Assembly: GCA_034659215.1 (NCBI GenBank)
Contig: JAYEGS010000244.1
Coordinates: forward strand, 12,659 to 76,658
From: Pseudomonadota bacterium
Lineage (GTDB): Bacteria > Desulfobacterota > Anaeroferrophillalia > Anaeroferrophillales > Tharpellaceae
Direction: 5' to 3'
DNA length: 64,000 bases
The translations under genes were made by a program, and so were the position numbers. How positions within the stretch are numbered: position 1 is the first letter of the stretch; every line of letters begins with the position of its first letter. Below the pieces are notes generated by a model. That model saw only the letters and a list, made by a program, of their open reading frames with translations, did not search any database and had not been told where the DNA came from. Below are positions 56,629 through 64,000 of this stretch, one piece after another.

Positions 56629-56859
56629 ATGAAAACTATCTCGTTGAAACTTGATGATTCTATCTTTGGTGAGACCGAAGATATTATTGGCCGGTTGAAA
56701 CAATCCCGCAACCGATATATCAATGAAGCGGTAGATTACTATAACAAAATTCAAAAACGCAAAAAACTGGAGCAGGCATTGCAAAAAGAGTCTTTGGTGG
56801 TTAAAGAAGATTCTATGTCAGTTCTAAAAGAGTTTGAGGTTTTTGAATATGAAAGTTAA
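56629..56859 (+). CDS. antitoxin (RHH/MazE-like) of the MazF-family toxin
   Basis: 76 aa, overlapping the downstream PemK/MazF gene by 26 nt. Confidence 0.5.
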   Translation: MKTISLKLDDSIFGETEDIIGRLKQSRNRYINEAVDYYNKIQKRKKLEQALQKESLVVKEDSMSVLKEFEVFEYES

Positions 56860-57196
56860 ACAATTTGAGATCTGGCTTGCCGATTTAAACCCGCAAACTG
56901 GAACTGAACCCGGTAAAACCAGACCCGTCCTGGTTGTTCAGACAAACTTGCTCAACCAGGTTTCACATCCATCATCCCTGGTTTGCCCCCTGACAACCAA
57001 CATCAAGTTGAAATCTGAAATTTTACGAGTTCATATCGGATCTGAAGGTTCCGGCCTGAAAGAGAAGAGTGACGTAATGATTGATCAGATTCGGGCGATT
57101 GATAATCAGAGGCTTACCCGGAAAATCGGCCATTTACCGGAAGGATTGATAGGTAAATTAAAAGAAAATCTGATGATTATTCTGGATTTGGATTAA
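56834..57196 (+). CDS. mazF: type II toxin, PemK/MazF family endoribonuclease
   Basis: FEIWLADLNPQTGTEPGKTRPVLVVQTN...CPLTT matches the MazF/PemK family pattern. Confidence 0.75.
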   Translation: MRFLNMKVKQFEIWLADLNPQTGTEPGKTRPVLVVQTNLLNQVSHPSSLVCPLTTNIKLKSEILRVHIGSEGSGLKEKSDVMIDQIRAIDNQRLTRKIGHLPEGLIGKLKENLMIILDLD

Positions 57197-57215
57197 AATG
57201 GCATTCAGGTTAACA

Positions 57216-57494
57216 TTACTTGCGGGCAGCGCTTGCGTTGGGTTGAGTCAATTGTGAGGTTTGCTGTAATCTATCTGCAAGCCAGAGCTTGATAATTGAT
57301 TGTCGGGGCACACCGAGTCGCCTGGCTTCTTTATCCAGAGACTGGATCATCCAGAGTGGGAAATCAACATTTACCCTTTTTTGTTCCTGTTTAGGTCTTC
57401 TGGATTTTGCGAGATCAAGTTGTTTGAGAACACTCTTTCCCTCATCAAATTTGTGGTCAAAATCTTCAGCTTTCATATATTTTAATCTCCTCAT
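57216..57494 (-). CDS. brnA: BrnA-type antitoxin
   Basis: NVDFPLWMIQSLDKEARRLGVPRQSIIKLWL resembles the BrnA C-terminus. Overlaps the brnT stop by 29 nt. Confidence 0.6.
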   Translation of the reverse strand: MRRLKYMKAEDFDHKFDEGKSVLKQLDLAKSRRPKQEQKRVNVDFPLWMIQSLDKEARRLGVPRQSIIKLWLADRLQQTSQLTQPNASAARK

Positions 57495-57840
57495 ATCTTG
57501 CCCGGCGTACAGAGATAATTCTGGTGTTTTCTCCGCGATACGTGATGATACCTGACCAGTGTTTTTCAGCTATCTTGCCAACAACTAAAAACCTCTCTTC
57601 GTCTGTTGTTCTGGCCGGGATCTCCAATAGGTAGGAATCTTCCCAGAGTGCCTGGGCCTCAATAAAATCAATTCCATGTTTCTTTTTGTTGATGTATGAT
57701 TTGGAGGGGTCGAATTCGAATTTCATAGTATAATTATTATACCTAATAGATGTATTATTGTCAATAGTTTGAAGTTGAAGAAGGGGCAGGTCTTGAAATA
57801 GTTGGCGGTTGTAAGGTTCGCGTAAAGCCAGAACTTTCAC
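57466..57840 (-). CDS. brnT: BrnT-type ribonuclease toxin (DUF497)
   Basis: FEFDPSKSYINKKKHGIDFIEAQALWED...RIISVRRA matches the BrnT family. Confidence 0.6.
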   Translation of the reverse strand: MKVLALREPYNRQLFQDLPLLQLQTIDNNTSIRYNNYTMKFEFDPSKSYINKKKHGIDFIEAQALWEDSYLLEIPARTTDEERFLVVGKIAEKHWSGIITYRGENTRIISVRRARYEEIKIYES

Positions 57841-58075
57841 CCGCCATTTGTCAAGATGTGACCTCGATAGTGGTCGCGAAGCAAAGTTCGCGGTTGCTCG
57901 CTTCTACCTTTCATGGCAGGTTTTTCTGAGTTAGGTAAGGTGTCCCCGGAATTCGGTGTCCCCGGAATTCGGAAAACTTCACTCTTGCTCGGTGTGGGGA
58001 CAGACCTCCAGGCGCCGGCTGCAAGCCGGTTGCCGCTCTGAGCTCTGTCCCCTTCGAAGCCGGGCGAAGCCCATA
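57782..58075. repeat. composite of repeat modules E (57782..57905), D inverted and tandem (57925..57975) and A copy 4 (57985..58075)
   Basis: Matches 37805.., 55056.. (reverse complement) and 27561.. / 41021.. respectively. Confidence 0.6.
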
Positions 58076-58244
58076 TCAAAACTAACCGGTTTTAACTTAA
58101 CAGTGAGACGTTAACCGGGAATTTTCGATTAATTGATGATCCCCATGAACCCCATTAATTTAAAAAATAAGTTGAAAAATGGTTGGATTATTCGATAAAG
58201 AGGATTATGGTGGAAGAAATGAAATTTCAGGGATTGGGGAAGTT

Positions 58245-59183
58245 ATGTGGAGAAGTAGAAAATTTTTAGTTGTTTGCTTGGTAATAGTTGCGGTTTTGAT
58301 GCCGTTATTGGGTTGGGCCTGGGTGATTGGCGGGTTTGAGGTGCCGGCGAAGCCGGTGAAGGTGAAGCCCAATCCGCAGGCAGTTGTTGGTTCAGGTTCG
58401 GGGCGTTCAGGCGGGGGCTCGGTTCCAGCTTCGCAAAATGGTGCAGGTGCAGGCTCAAATTTTACTGATCCGGTAACCGGGATGGAGTTTATCTGGGTGC
58501 CGCAGGGCTGTTTTCAGATGGGAAGTCCGTCGGGAGAAAAGGGTCGAGATAGTGATGAAGGTCCGGTACACCGGGTTTGTCTTGATGGTTTTTGGATGGG
58601 GAAATATGAGGTAACGCAAGGTCAGTGGCAGAAGATTACGGGTAATAATCCGTCGAGGTTCAAGAAGGGTAATAACTATCCGGTGGAAAAGGTTTCCTGG
58701 AATGATTGTCAGGAGTTTATCAAAAAGCTCAATCGCCGGAGCGGTAAAAATTTCCGTCTGCCGACCGAGGCTGAATGGGAGTACGCCTGCCGGGCGGGGA
58801 CGACGACACCGTTTAGTTTCGGTTCGACGATTTCAACTGATCAGGCTAATTATGATGGCAACTACACTTATGGCCGTGGCCGCAAAGGGGTTTATCGGAA
58901 GTCGACTGTTTCGGTTGGTAGTTTTCGCCCCAACGCTTTTGGCTTGTATGATATGCATGGTAATGTCTGGGAGTGGTGCTCAGATTGGTATGATAGTGGT
59001 TATTATAAAAACAGTCCTGAGCAAAATCCGCAGGGTGCCAGTTCTGGTTCGAGCCGCGTTTTTCGCGGCGGCTGCTGGAGCAGCAGCCCGTGGTGCGTGC
59101 GTTCGGCTAATCGCGGCTGGCTCAGGCCGGGCAGTTACTTCAACATCCTTGGGTTCCGGCTGGTCTCCCCAGGACGGCGGTAG
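58245..59183 (+). CDS. DGR target (variable) protein: membrane-anchored FGE-sulfatase/C-type-lectin-fold domain protein
   Basis: TM segment, Gly/Ser-rich linker, then FGE-domain motifs (RVCLDGFWMGKYEVTQGQW, RLPTEAEWEYACRAGT, GLYDMHGNVWEWCSDWY). The C-terminal 42 codons are the VR. Confidence 0.75.
   Translation: MWRSRKFLVVCLVIVAVLMPLLGWAWVIGGFEVPAKPVKVKPNPQAVVGSGSGRSGGGSVPASQNGAGAGSNFTDPVTGMEFIWVPQGCFQMGSPSGEKGRDSDEGPVHRVCLDGFWMGKYEVTQGQWQKITGNNPSRFKKGNNYPVEKVSWNDCQEFIKKLNRRSGKNFRLPTEAEWEYACRAGTTTPFSFGSTISTDQANYDGNYTYGRGRKGVYRKSTVSVGSFRPNAFGLYDMHGNVWEWCSDWYDSGYYKNSPEQNPQGASSGSSRVFRGGCWSSSPWCVRSANRGWLRPGSYFNILGFRLVSPGRR
59056..59180 (+). other. DGR variable repeat (VR)
   Basis: 125 nt that align with 60976..61100. 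All 22 mismatches but one fall where the template copy has A. Confidence 0.8.
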
Positions 59184-59418
59184 CCGGGTTAGTAAGAAAG
59201 AGAGAAAAAGCAAGCCAGATAATGGAACGAAGCTTACAGTCAGGGGCGTGGTGGTTGGCCGAGCCGGTAGGCGGGACAACCACAACGACCCGGACAGTAA
59301 GCGGAGTGGGCAAATCAGAAAGGAAATAGTTGTTGGAGAGGTTTTTGACGAGACCGCGAAAGCGGTCGAAAATTTTGAGTTTTTTATTTTTTTGTGATGT
59401 TGGATTTAGGTATATTGT

Positions 59419-59919
59419 ATGCAATATCGACTGTTTACAATCCCCTGTTATGATGGCGAAGCTGAACTTGAAGAGCTTAATCGGTTTTTACGTTCGGTCA
59501 AGGTTCTTCAAGTTGAGCGTCAATTTTTTTCCCAAGATCGGGTCTGGCAGATGATGGTTGAGTATCAGGAGGGCGCTGATGGCGGCTCATCAGCCGTTCG
59601 TGGGGGACAGAAAAAAGTGCGGATCGATTATCGTGAGGTTTTGGAGCCGGATCAGTTTGCGCTTTTTGATCGCTTGCGGAGTTGGCGTAAAGAGCAGGCG
59701 GAAGTTGAAAAAATTCCGGCTTACGTGATTTTTACTAATGAACAGCTTGCAGCAGTTACCCGCCTGGATAAGGTTGGTTATGCCGCTCTTGAATCAATAG
59801 ATGGGATTGGTAAGGCCCGGCTGGAGAAATATGGAGCTCAAATCCTGGAAATTTGGCAAAATCAGACAGAGGGCGCGTATAATGAGGCGGTTGTAGACAA
59901 TGGTGCGGCGAGCCGGTAA
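59419..59919 (+). CDS. DGR accessory protein with C-terminal HRDC domain
   Basis: FALFDRLRSWRKEQAEVEKIPAYVIFTNEQLAAVTRLDKVGYAALESIDGIGKARLEKYGAQILEI fits the HRDC fold pattern. It lies between the target gene and the RT. Confidence 0.65.
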   Translation: MQYRLFTIPCYDGEAELEELNRFLRSVKVLQVERQFFSQDRVWQMMVEYQEGADGGSSAVRGGQKKVRIDYREVLEPDQFALFDRLRSWRKEQAEVEKIPAYVIFTNEQLAAVTRLDKVGYAALESIDGIGKARLEKYGAQILEIWQNQTEGAYNEAVVDNGAASR

Positions 59920-60916
59920 TCTCTACGAAAAAATTGCCGACCCGGATAATCTGCGTTCAGCTTATCTTAAGTCCCGGCGCGGCAAAGCGGCGCGGCCGGC
60001 GGTGCTTGATTATGCTCTCGATCTTGATAATAGTTTAAATAATCTGCGCCGTGGTTTACTTTCTTCGGCACAGTTAGAGCTGGGCGATTACCGTTATTTT
60101 ATGGTTTATGATCCCAAACCACGAATGATTTGTGCGGCCTCCTTTAATGAACGGGTTCTGCATCACGCCGTGATGAATGTTTGTGAACCGGCCTTTGAAA
60201 GTTACGCAATTTTTGATTCTTATGCCTGTCGCAAAGGTAAGGGTGGTGAACGGGCCGTAAAACGGGCGCAATATTTTTGCGGGAAATATCCCTGGTATCT
60301 AAAACTCGATATTCGTAAATATTTTGACTCGATTTCACATCAGGTTTTGCAGAAAAACCTGAGCCGGCGGTTTCGTGAAAAGCGCTTGCTCGATCTCTTT
60401 GCGGAAATCCTGGCAACCTATGAAACTTTTCCCGGTAAGGGTTTGCCGATTGGTAATTTGATCTCACAGCATCTGGCAAATTTTTATCTTGGCCGTTTAG
60501 ATCATTGGCTGCAAGAGAAGGTCGGGGTTAAGGGGTATCTTCGTTATATGGACGATTTTCTCATCTTCTCTCAAGATAAACAGGTTTTAAAGGGGTGGTG
60601 GACGCTTATTGAAACTTTTCTGGCGGCGGAACTGGGTTTGCGGGTAAAGAGTAATGGTCAGCTTAACCGCACGTCGTGTGGGATTCCTTTTCTCGGCTAT
60701 CGCATATTTGCGCAGAAGTTACGCCTTGGCTCACTTTCACGGCGGCGTTTTCAGTATAAATTCAAACTTTATGAAAAGTTCTATGAGAAAGGTGTCTGGG
60801 ATGAAACTGCATTACAAAAGCATGTTGAACCTTTGCTGGCTTTTGTGAGAAAGGCCGAAACCACGGGATTGCGATGTCGGGTGCTTGAGAATTCCGGGTT
60901 ATGTGACAATTACTGA
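59900..60916 (+). CDS. DGR-type reverse transcriptase
   Basis: Motif 4 GLPIGNLISQ (DGR-specific IGxxxSQ), motif 5 YMDDFLIF, motif 2-like RKGKGGERA, and a ~340-aa length. Confidence 0.85.
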   Translation: MVRRAGNLYEKIADPDNLRSAYLKSRRGKAARPAVLDYALDLDNSLNNLRRGLLSSAQLELGDYRYFMVYDPKPRMICAASFNERVLHHAVMNVCEPAFESYAIFDSYACRKGKGGERAVKRAQYFCGKYPWYLKLDIRKYFDSISHQVLQKNLSRRFREKRLLDLFAEILATYETFPGKGLPIGNLISQHLANFYLGRLDHWLQEKVGVKGYLRYMDDFLIFSQDKQVLKGWWTLIETFLAAELGLRVKSNGQLNRTSCGIPFLGYRIFAQKLRLGSLSRRRFQYKFKLYEKFYEKGVWDETALQKHVEPLLAFVRKAETTGLRCRVLENSGLCDNY

Positions 60917-60975
60917 ATTTTTGAGTTGCAAAGTAAGAGCTCTAACGCTATAAAAGTTACGGTCACTATTCATAA

Positions 60976-61100
60976 GGTTCGAACCGCGTTAATCGCGGCG
61001 GCAGCTGGAACAACAACCCGAGGAACGTGCGATCGGCTAATCGCAACAGGAACAGGCCGGGCAATCACAACAACAACCTTGGGTTCCGGCTGGTATCCCC
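60976..61100 (+). repeat. DGR template repeat (TR)
   Basis: A non-coding, AAC-codon-rich copy of the VR. The overlapping ORF 60926..61132 is a frame artefact. Confidence 0.8.
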
Positions 61101-61343
61101 AGCCCGGCGCAAGCGGTGATGGATTTCACTAAAGCGTCGTCCCGAATAGTGTCCGGTTCCGGTAACAGGCTTACATGGTATCTTTTTTGCCGGACAAAAT
61201 TGCTTGACCCCGAAACGGGTTGGTAGCTGGAGCCGGAGCCGGAGAAGCGGTCGGCGAAGATTCGTTTCGGGGGTTTGTTGACGAAAAGAGAACTCGAGTC
61301 AGAATTCTTCCTTTGGGAAGAGAGTAAAGAGAGAGGATATAAA

Positions 61344-63236
61344 ATGCGGAGTTTACGATGGGTAGTTAGAGCCGGGGTGTTGGTTTTATTTATTCTGATT
61401 TTTGCCGGCGGTGGGGTTTTTGCCGCCGACTACTGCGATATGGCGCGGGATATTGCGGAGCGGGCGGCGAAGACCTTTAACCGGGATCAGGAAAAAGGGA
61501 TCAAGCTTTTTATCAAGGCGCATAATCTTTGCAAAAAACCGCTCTATGCCTATAATCTCGGGATCGCCTATTTTGAGTATGGGAACCCGGCTGAGGCGGA
61601 GAAGTTTCTCGCCGAGGCGGTTAAGGGTGACGGCAGTCGGGCCAAGTGGCTTAATGACTATGCCGGGGTGATTCTGTTGCGCTCCGGTGATGCGAAAAAG
61701 GCACTCCAGATGGCGGAGAAAGCCTGGCGGTTGGCAAGCGATAGCAGCGGGTTGAAACCGGCGATCGCCGAGACTCTGGCTGAGGCGCAGATGCGAACCG
61801 GTCAAGGGCTTGTCGCCTTGAAAGGGATTAGATCGGCGGCGCTGAGTGCACCTTCTGAAAAACGGCTGCAAACCGCGATGCAGAAGATTGAGAGCCGTTA
61901 TATCCAGGCGGCCCTGCAACTGGTGCGTGAGGGGAAAAAGCGTGAAGGTTTTTTAGTTTTGGAGAAAGGGGCTGATTTTAGTGCCTTAACCGCGAAAACC
62001 TACTGTCTTGCCCTGGCCCGCGATGGAGCGGGTGAGAAGGCTTTGGCGGCGGCGGCGAAATTTGCCAGGCGTTATCCGGCTGAGCTTGATCAGGTCTGGA
62101 GTGAGGTGGTCGCGGCTGAGTGCGATCGGCTTTATCGCCGTTTTCAGGCGGGCGAGCGGGCGCAGGCGATGCAGATGGCGAAAGCTTTGCACGAAAAATA
62201 TGATTTTGATAAAGATTTCAAGGTGGCCTACGACAAACTTTTTGAGGCTTATCTTGCCGATGATGTGACGATTGCGGTGGCGCGGCCGCAAACCGGCAAA
62301 GCTTATGGCCGGGCCGCGTCCGGCGAGGTTGATCTGGAGCTGGCCCTGGCCTCGGCCTTTGGTGAAAAGAGTGAGTCCGGCGGGGAAAATATCAACCTTG
62401 GGACGGCCCTGGATCAGGATAAAAATATTCGTCAGGGCAAGCTTAAACGTAAACACGGAATCGCTCTGGTGATCGGGAATCAACATTACAAAGAGCACGG
62501 TTACGGGGTTCCTGACGTTAAATATGCCGGGCGCGACGTTGCGGTTATGAAAAAATATCTGATTAAGACCATGGGCTTTAAGGAAGATAATATCATTACT
62601 GCCCACGATGCCAGTTTCAGTAAAATGCGGAGTCTTCTGGGCACGCCGGAAAATCCGAAAGGCAAACTTTACAACTATGTTAAAGCTGAAAAAGGCCGGG
62701 CCGAGGTTTTTGTATATTATGTTGGTCACGGCTCACCCTCGGCAAAAAGTGGTGAGGCCTATCTGGTGCCGGTTGAAGCCGAGGTCGATTATCTTGAGAG
62801 CAGTGCCTATCCTCTAAGTCTTTTTTACCGCAATCTTGAATTTTTAGAGGCAAAATCGGTGATGGTCGTGCTTGACGCCTGTTTCTCCGGTGATTCCGCC
62901 GGCGGCACACTTTTTAAGGGGATCAGCCCGACAGTCTTGAAAAATGTTGAGCCGGTACGTGAACTCAAGCGAAACTCTTTTGTTTTGTGCGGGGCCGGTA
63001 AAAATCAGGTTTGTGCTTGGTATAAAGAGAAAAACCACTCGCTGATGACTTACTATTTTCTTGAGGCGCTGCAAGGTCGGGCCGATAGTAACGGTGATGA
63101 CAGTCTGAGTGTTGGCGAGGTTTATGAATATGTTCAGGATAAGGTTAGCAGTAAGACTCTGCGGGACTCCACCTCCCGTGAGCAGAACCCCAAAATTTTG
63201 GGTAATCTTGACCTTGTTCTGGCAGAGTTAGAATAG
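61344..63236 (+). CDS. secreted TPR-like / caspase (peptidase C14)-domain protein
   Basis: Signal peptide MRSLRWVVRAGVLVLFILIFAGGGVFAA. The C-terminal caspase-like dyad is YYVGHGSP (His) and VLDACFSGDS (Cys). The start is moved from TTG 61275 to the ATG at 61344, which has a GAGAGAGGA RBS. Confidence 0.6.
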   Translation: MRSLRWVVRAGVLVLFILIFAGGGVFAADYCDMARDIAERAAKTFNRDQEKGIKLFIKAHNLCKKPLYAYNLGIAYFEYGNPAEAEKFLAEAVKGDGSRAKWLNDYAGVILLRSGDAKKALQMAEKAWRLASDSSGLKPAIAETLAEAQMRTGQGLVALKGIRSAALSAPSEKRLQTAMQKIESRYIQAALQLVREGKKREGFLVLEKGADFSALTAKTYCLALARDGAGEKALAAAAKFARRYPAELDQVWSEVVAAECDRLYRRFQAGERAQAMQMAKALHEKYDFDKDFKVAYDKLFEAYLADDVTIAVARPQTGKAYGRAASGEVDLELALASAFGEKSESGGENINLGTALDQDKNIRQGKLKRKHGIALVIGNQHYKEHGYGVPDVKYAGRDVAVMKKYLIKTMGFKEDNIITAHDASFSKMRSLLGTPENPKGKLYNYVKAEKGRAEVFVYYVGHGSPSAKSGEAYLVPVEAEVDYLESSAYPLSLFYRNLEFLEAKSVMVVLDACFSGDSAGGTLFKGISPTVLKNVEPVRELKRNSFVLCGAGKNQVCAWYKEKNHSLMTYYFLEALQGRADSNGDDSLSVGEVYEYVQDKVSSKTLRDSTSREQNPKILGNLDLVLAELE

Positions 63237-64000
63237 ATGGGGAATTGTTTGCAAAATCTTGTTGCAATCTTGTTTTTGGGGTGCTTGTTACTTCTTGTCG
63301 GTTGTCATCCGGCGGCGGTTGAGACGCGGAGTCTTGGTGGTTTTAGCGACAGTTATGCCGAGGTCGTGCTTAAGCTTTGTCAAAGTAGTGTGAAAAAAGG
63401 TGAGATGGTTGCGGTCAGTGCCTTTTATGATGGTGATAACGGCGATTTTACCGCTTTGGGCGATCAATGGCGCGACCGGGCCGAGGCGGCGTTGGCCGGA
63501 GGTGATATTAAAGTTCGGGCGGTACGCGATATGGGCTTGATTCTTGATAGCCTGGAGAGTGCCGATAGCGACAGAGATTTTAACGAAAGTCAAATCTGGC
63601 GTGCAAGCGGCAGTGACTATCTTTTGGTTGGGCGTTACTATCTCTATGAGGGCGGCGATGAAAAAGAGCCGGACTATCTTGAGCTCAAGATAAATCTCTT
63701 GAAAAATTGTGATCGAACCGTAGTCAAAGCGACGACCTGGCGCACTAAATTGACGCCGGGCTGGCAATCGCGGGCGGCAGTTATTCGGGGCAATATTTAC
63801 CATAAAGCGATTGAGGTGGTGGGGCCGGGGTCTGCGAGTGCGGGGCCTGAACTTAAAGTTGAGCTGGATCGCAATCCTCCTTGCTACCCCGCCGGTGCGA
63901 GAATTTCGTTAAAGATTAAAAGTGAGCCCGGCGTCTATCTCTATATTTTGAATATTGCGGCCGATAATTCAGTAACCATCAATTATCCCAATCGCTTTTT
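63237..64000 (+). CDS. lipoprotein, 5' portion (runs off window end)
   Basis: The ATG directly abuts the previous stop (TAGATGG). Lipobox LLLLVGC. An open frame of more than 760 nt continues to the window edge. Not in the ORF track because it is incomplete. Confidence 0.4.
   Translation, partial: MGNCLQNLVAILFLGCLLLLVGCHPAAVETRSLGGFSDSYAEVVLKLCQSSVKKGEMVAVSAFYDGDNGDFTALGDQWRDRAEAALAGGDIKVRAVRDMGLILDSLESADSDRDFNESQIWRASGSDYLLVGRYYLYEGGDEKEPDYLELKINLLKNCDRTVVKATTWRTKLTPGWQSRAAVIRGNIYHKAIEVVGPGSASAGPELKVELDRNPPCYPAGARISLKIKSEPGVYLYILNIAADNSVTINYPNRF

Noticed and set aside
58702-59397. Overlapping ORFs 58702..59397 (+), 58980..59285 (-), 59140..59424 (-), 58243..58458 (-) around the FGE gene
   Set aside because: They are alternative-frame shadows of the GC-rich FGE gene and VR, with Arg/Ala/Gly-rich low-complexity translations.
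60926-61132. ORF-track 68-aa ORF, and my first reading of this stretch as a pseudogenised 3' fragment of a second FGE-domain gene
   Set aside because: The stretch is a near-copy of the VR with mismatches confined to its adenines and AAC-rich codons, so it is the DGR template repeat, not a gene relic. The 68-aa ORF is in a different frame and low-complexity (TTTT, AAAA runs).
63288-63803. Minus-strand 171-aa ORF from the track
   Set aside because: It lies entirely inside a longer plus-strand open frame. That frame starts at an ATG abutting the upstream stop and encodes a lipobox signal peptide, so the plus-strand gene is more plausible.
1-64000. tRNA / rRNA genes, in particular a tRNA-Sec near selA
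   Set aside because: I scanned for T-arm GGTTCGAATCC-like boxes and acceptor/T-stem symmetry and found none. The GGTTCGAACC at 60976 is the start of the DGR TR and not a tRNA T-loop.

Overview
The window is 64 kb of a GC-moderate bacterial chromosome. From gene content I infer, with low confidence, an anaerobic Desulfuromonadales-like deltaproteobacterium: rubrerythrin, thiH, selA, a TonB2-type system and dense intergenic MITEs. I did no homology search.

Housekeeping operons alternate with accessory islands. The housekeeping side has thiFSGH, the leuS-lptE-holA-yqeK-rpsU block, panDCB, lpxD, ald, selA, serC and an ExbB/ExbD/TonB cluster. The accessory side holds three systems of note:

1. 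A complete diversity-generating retroelement (DGR) at 58.2-61.1 kb. A formylglycine-generating-enzyme-fold (FGE-fold) target gene carries a C-terminal variable repeat (VR). An HRDC-domain accessory gene and a DGR-type reverse transcriptase (IGxxxSQ, YMDD) follow. The template repeat (TR) lies downstream and differs from the VR at 22 positions, 21 of them TR adenines. A secreted TPR-caspase protein and a partial lipoprotein gene lie alongside, and the cassette is embedded in a MazEF + BrnTA toxin-antitoxin island.

2. A cluster at 5.6-14.2 kb that I recall as the poorly characterised GAK system (TIGRFAM-defined, function unknown). Its components are an XXXCH-like protein, two amphi-Trp paralogs, a PhoU-kinase fusion, an ATP-grasp enzyme, an HprK-related P-loop kinase and a CofD-like protein. 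An IS4-family IS with 16-bp inverted repeats and a 9-bp target-site duplication has recently inserted into it. A cas1 remnant and an IS1634-like transposase fragment follow.

3. A mosaic of modular intergenic repeats at 27.5, 37.3, 37.8, 40.7-41.2, 46.1, 54.9-55.1 and 57.8-58.1 kb. One MITE-like family has 15-nt terminal inverted repeats. A second is a ~190-nt hairpin whose two copies show compensatory covariation.

Other oddities are a REC-ThiY-like-CheW fusion beside the thiamine genes, a ThiS-ThiF fusion, a 70-bp duplication bracketing a 2-kb insert with a brnTA remnant, and a perfect 17-bp palindrome.
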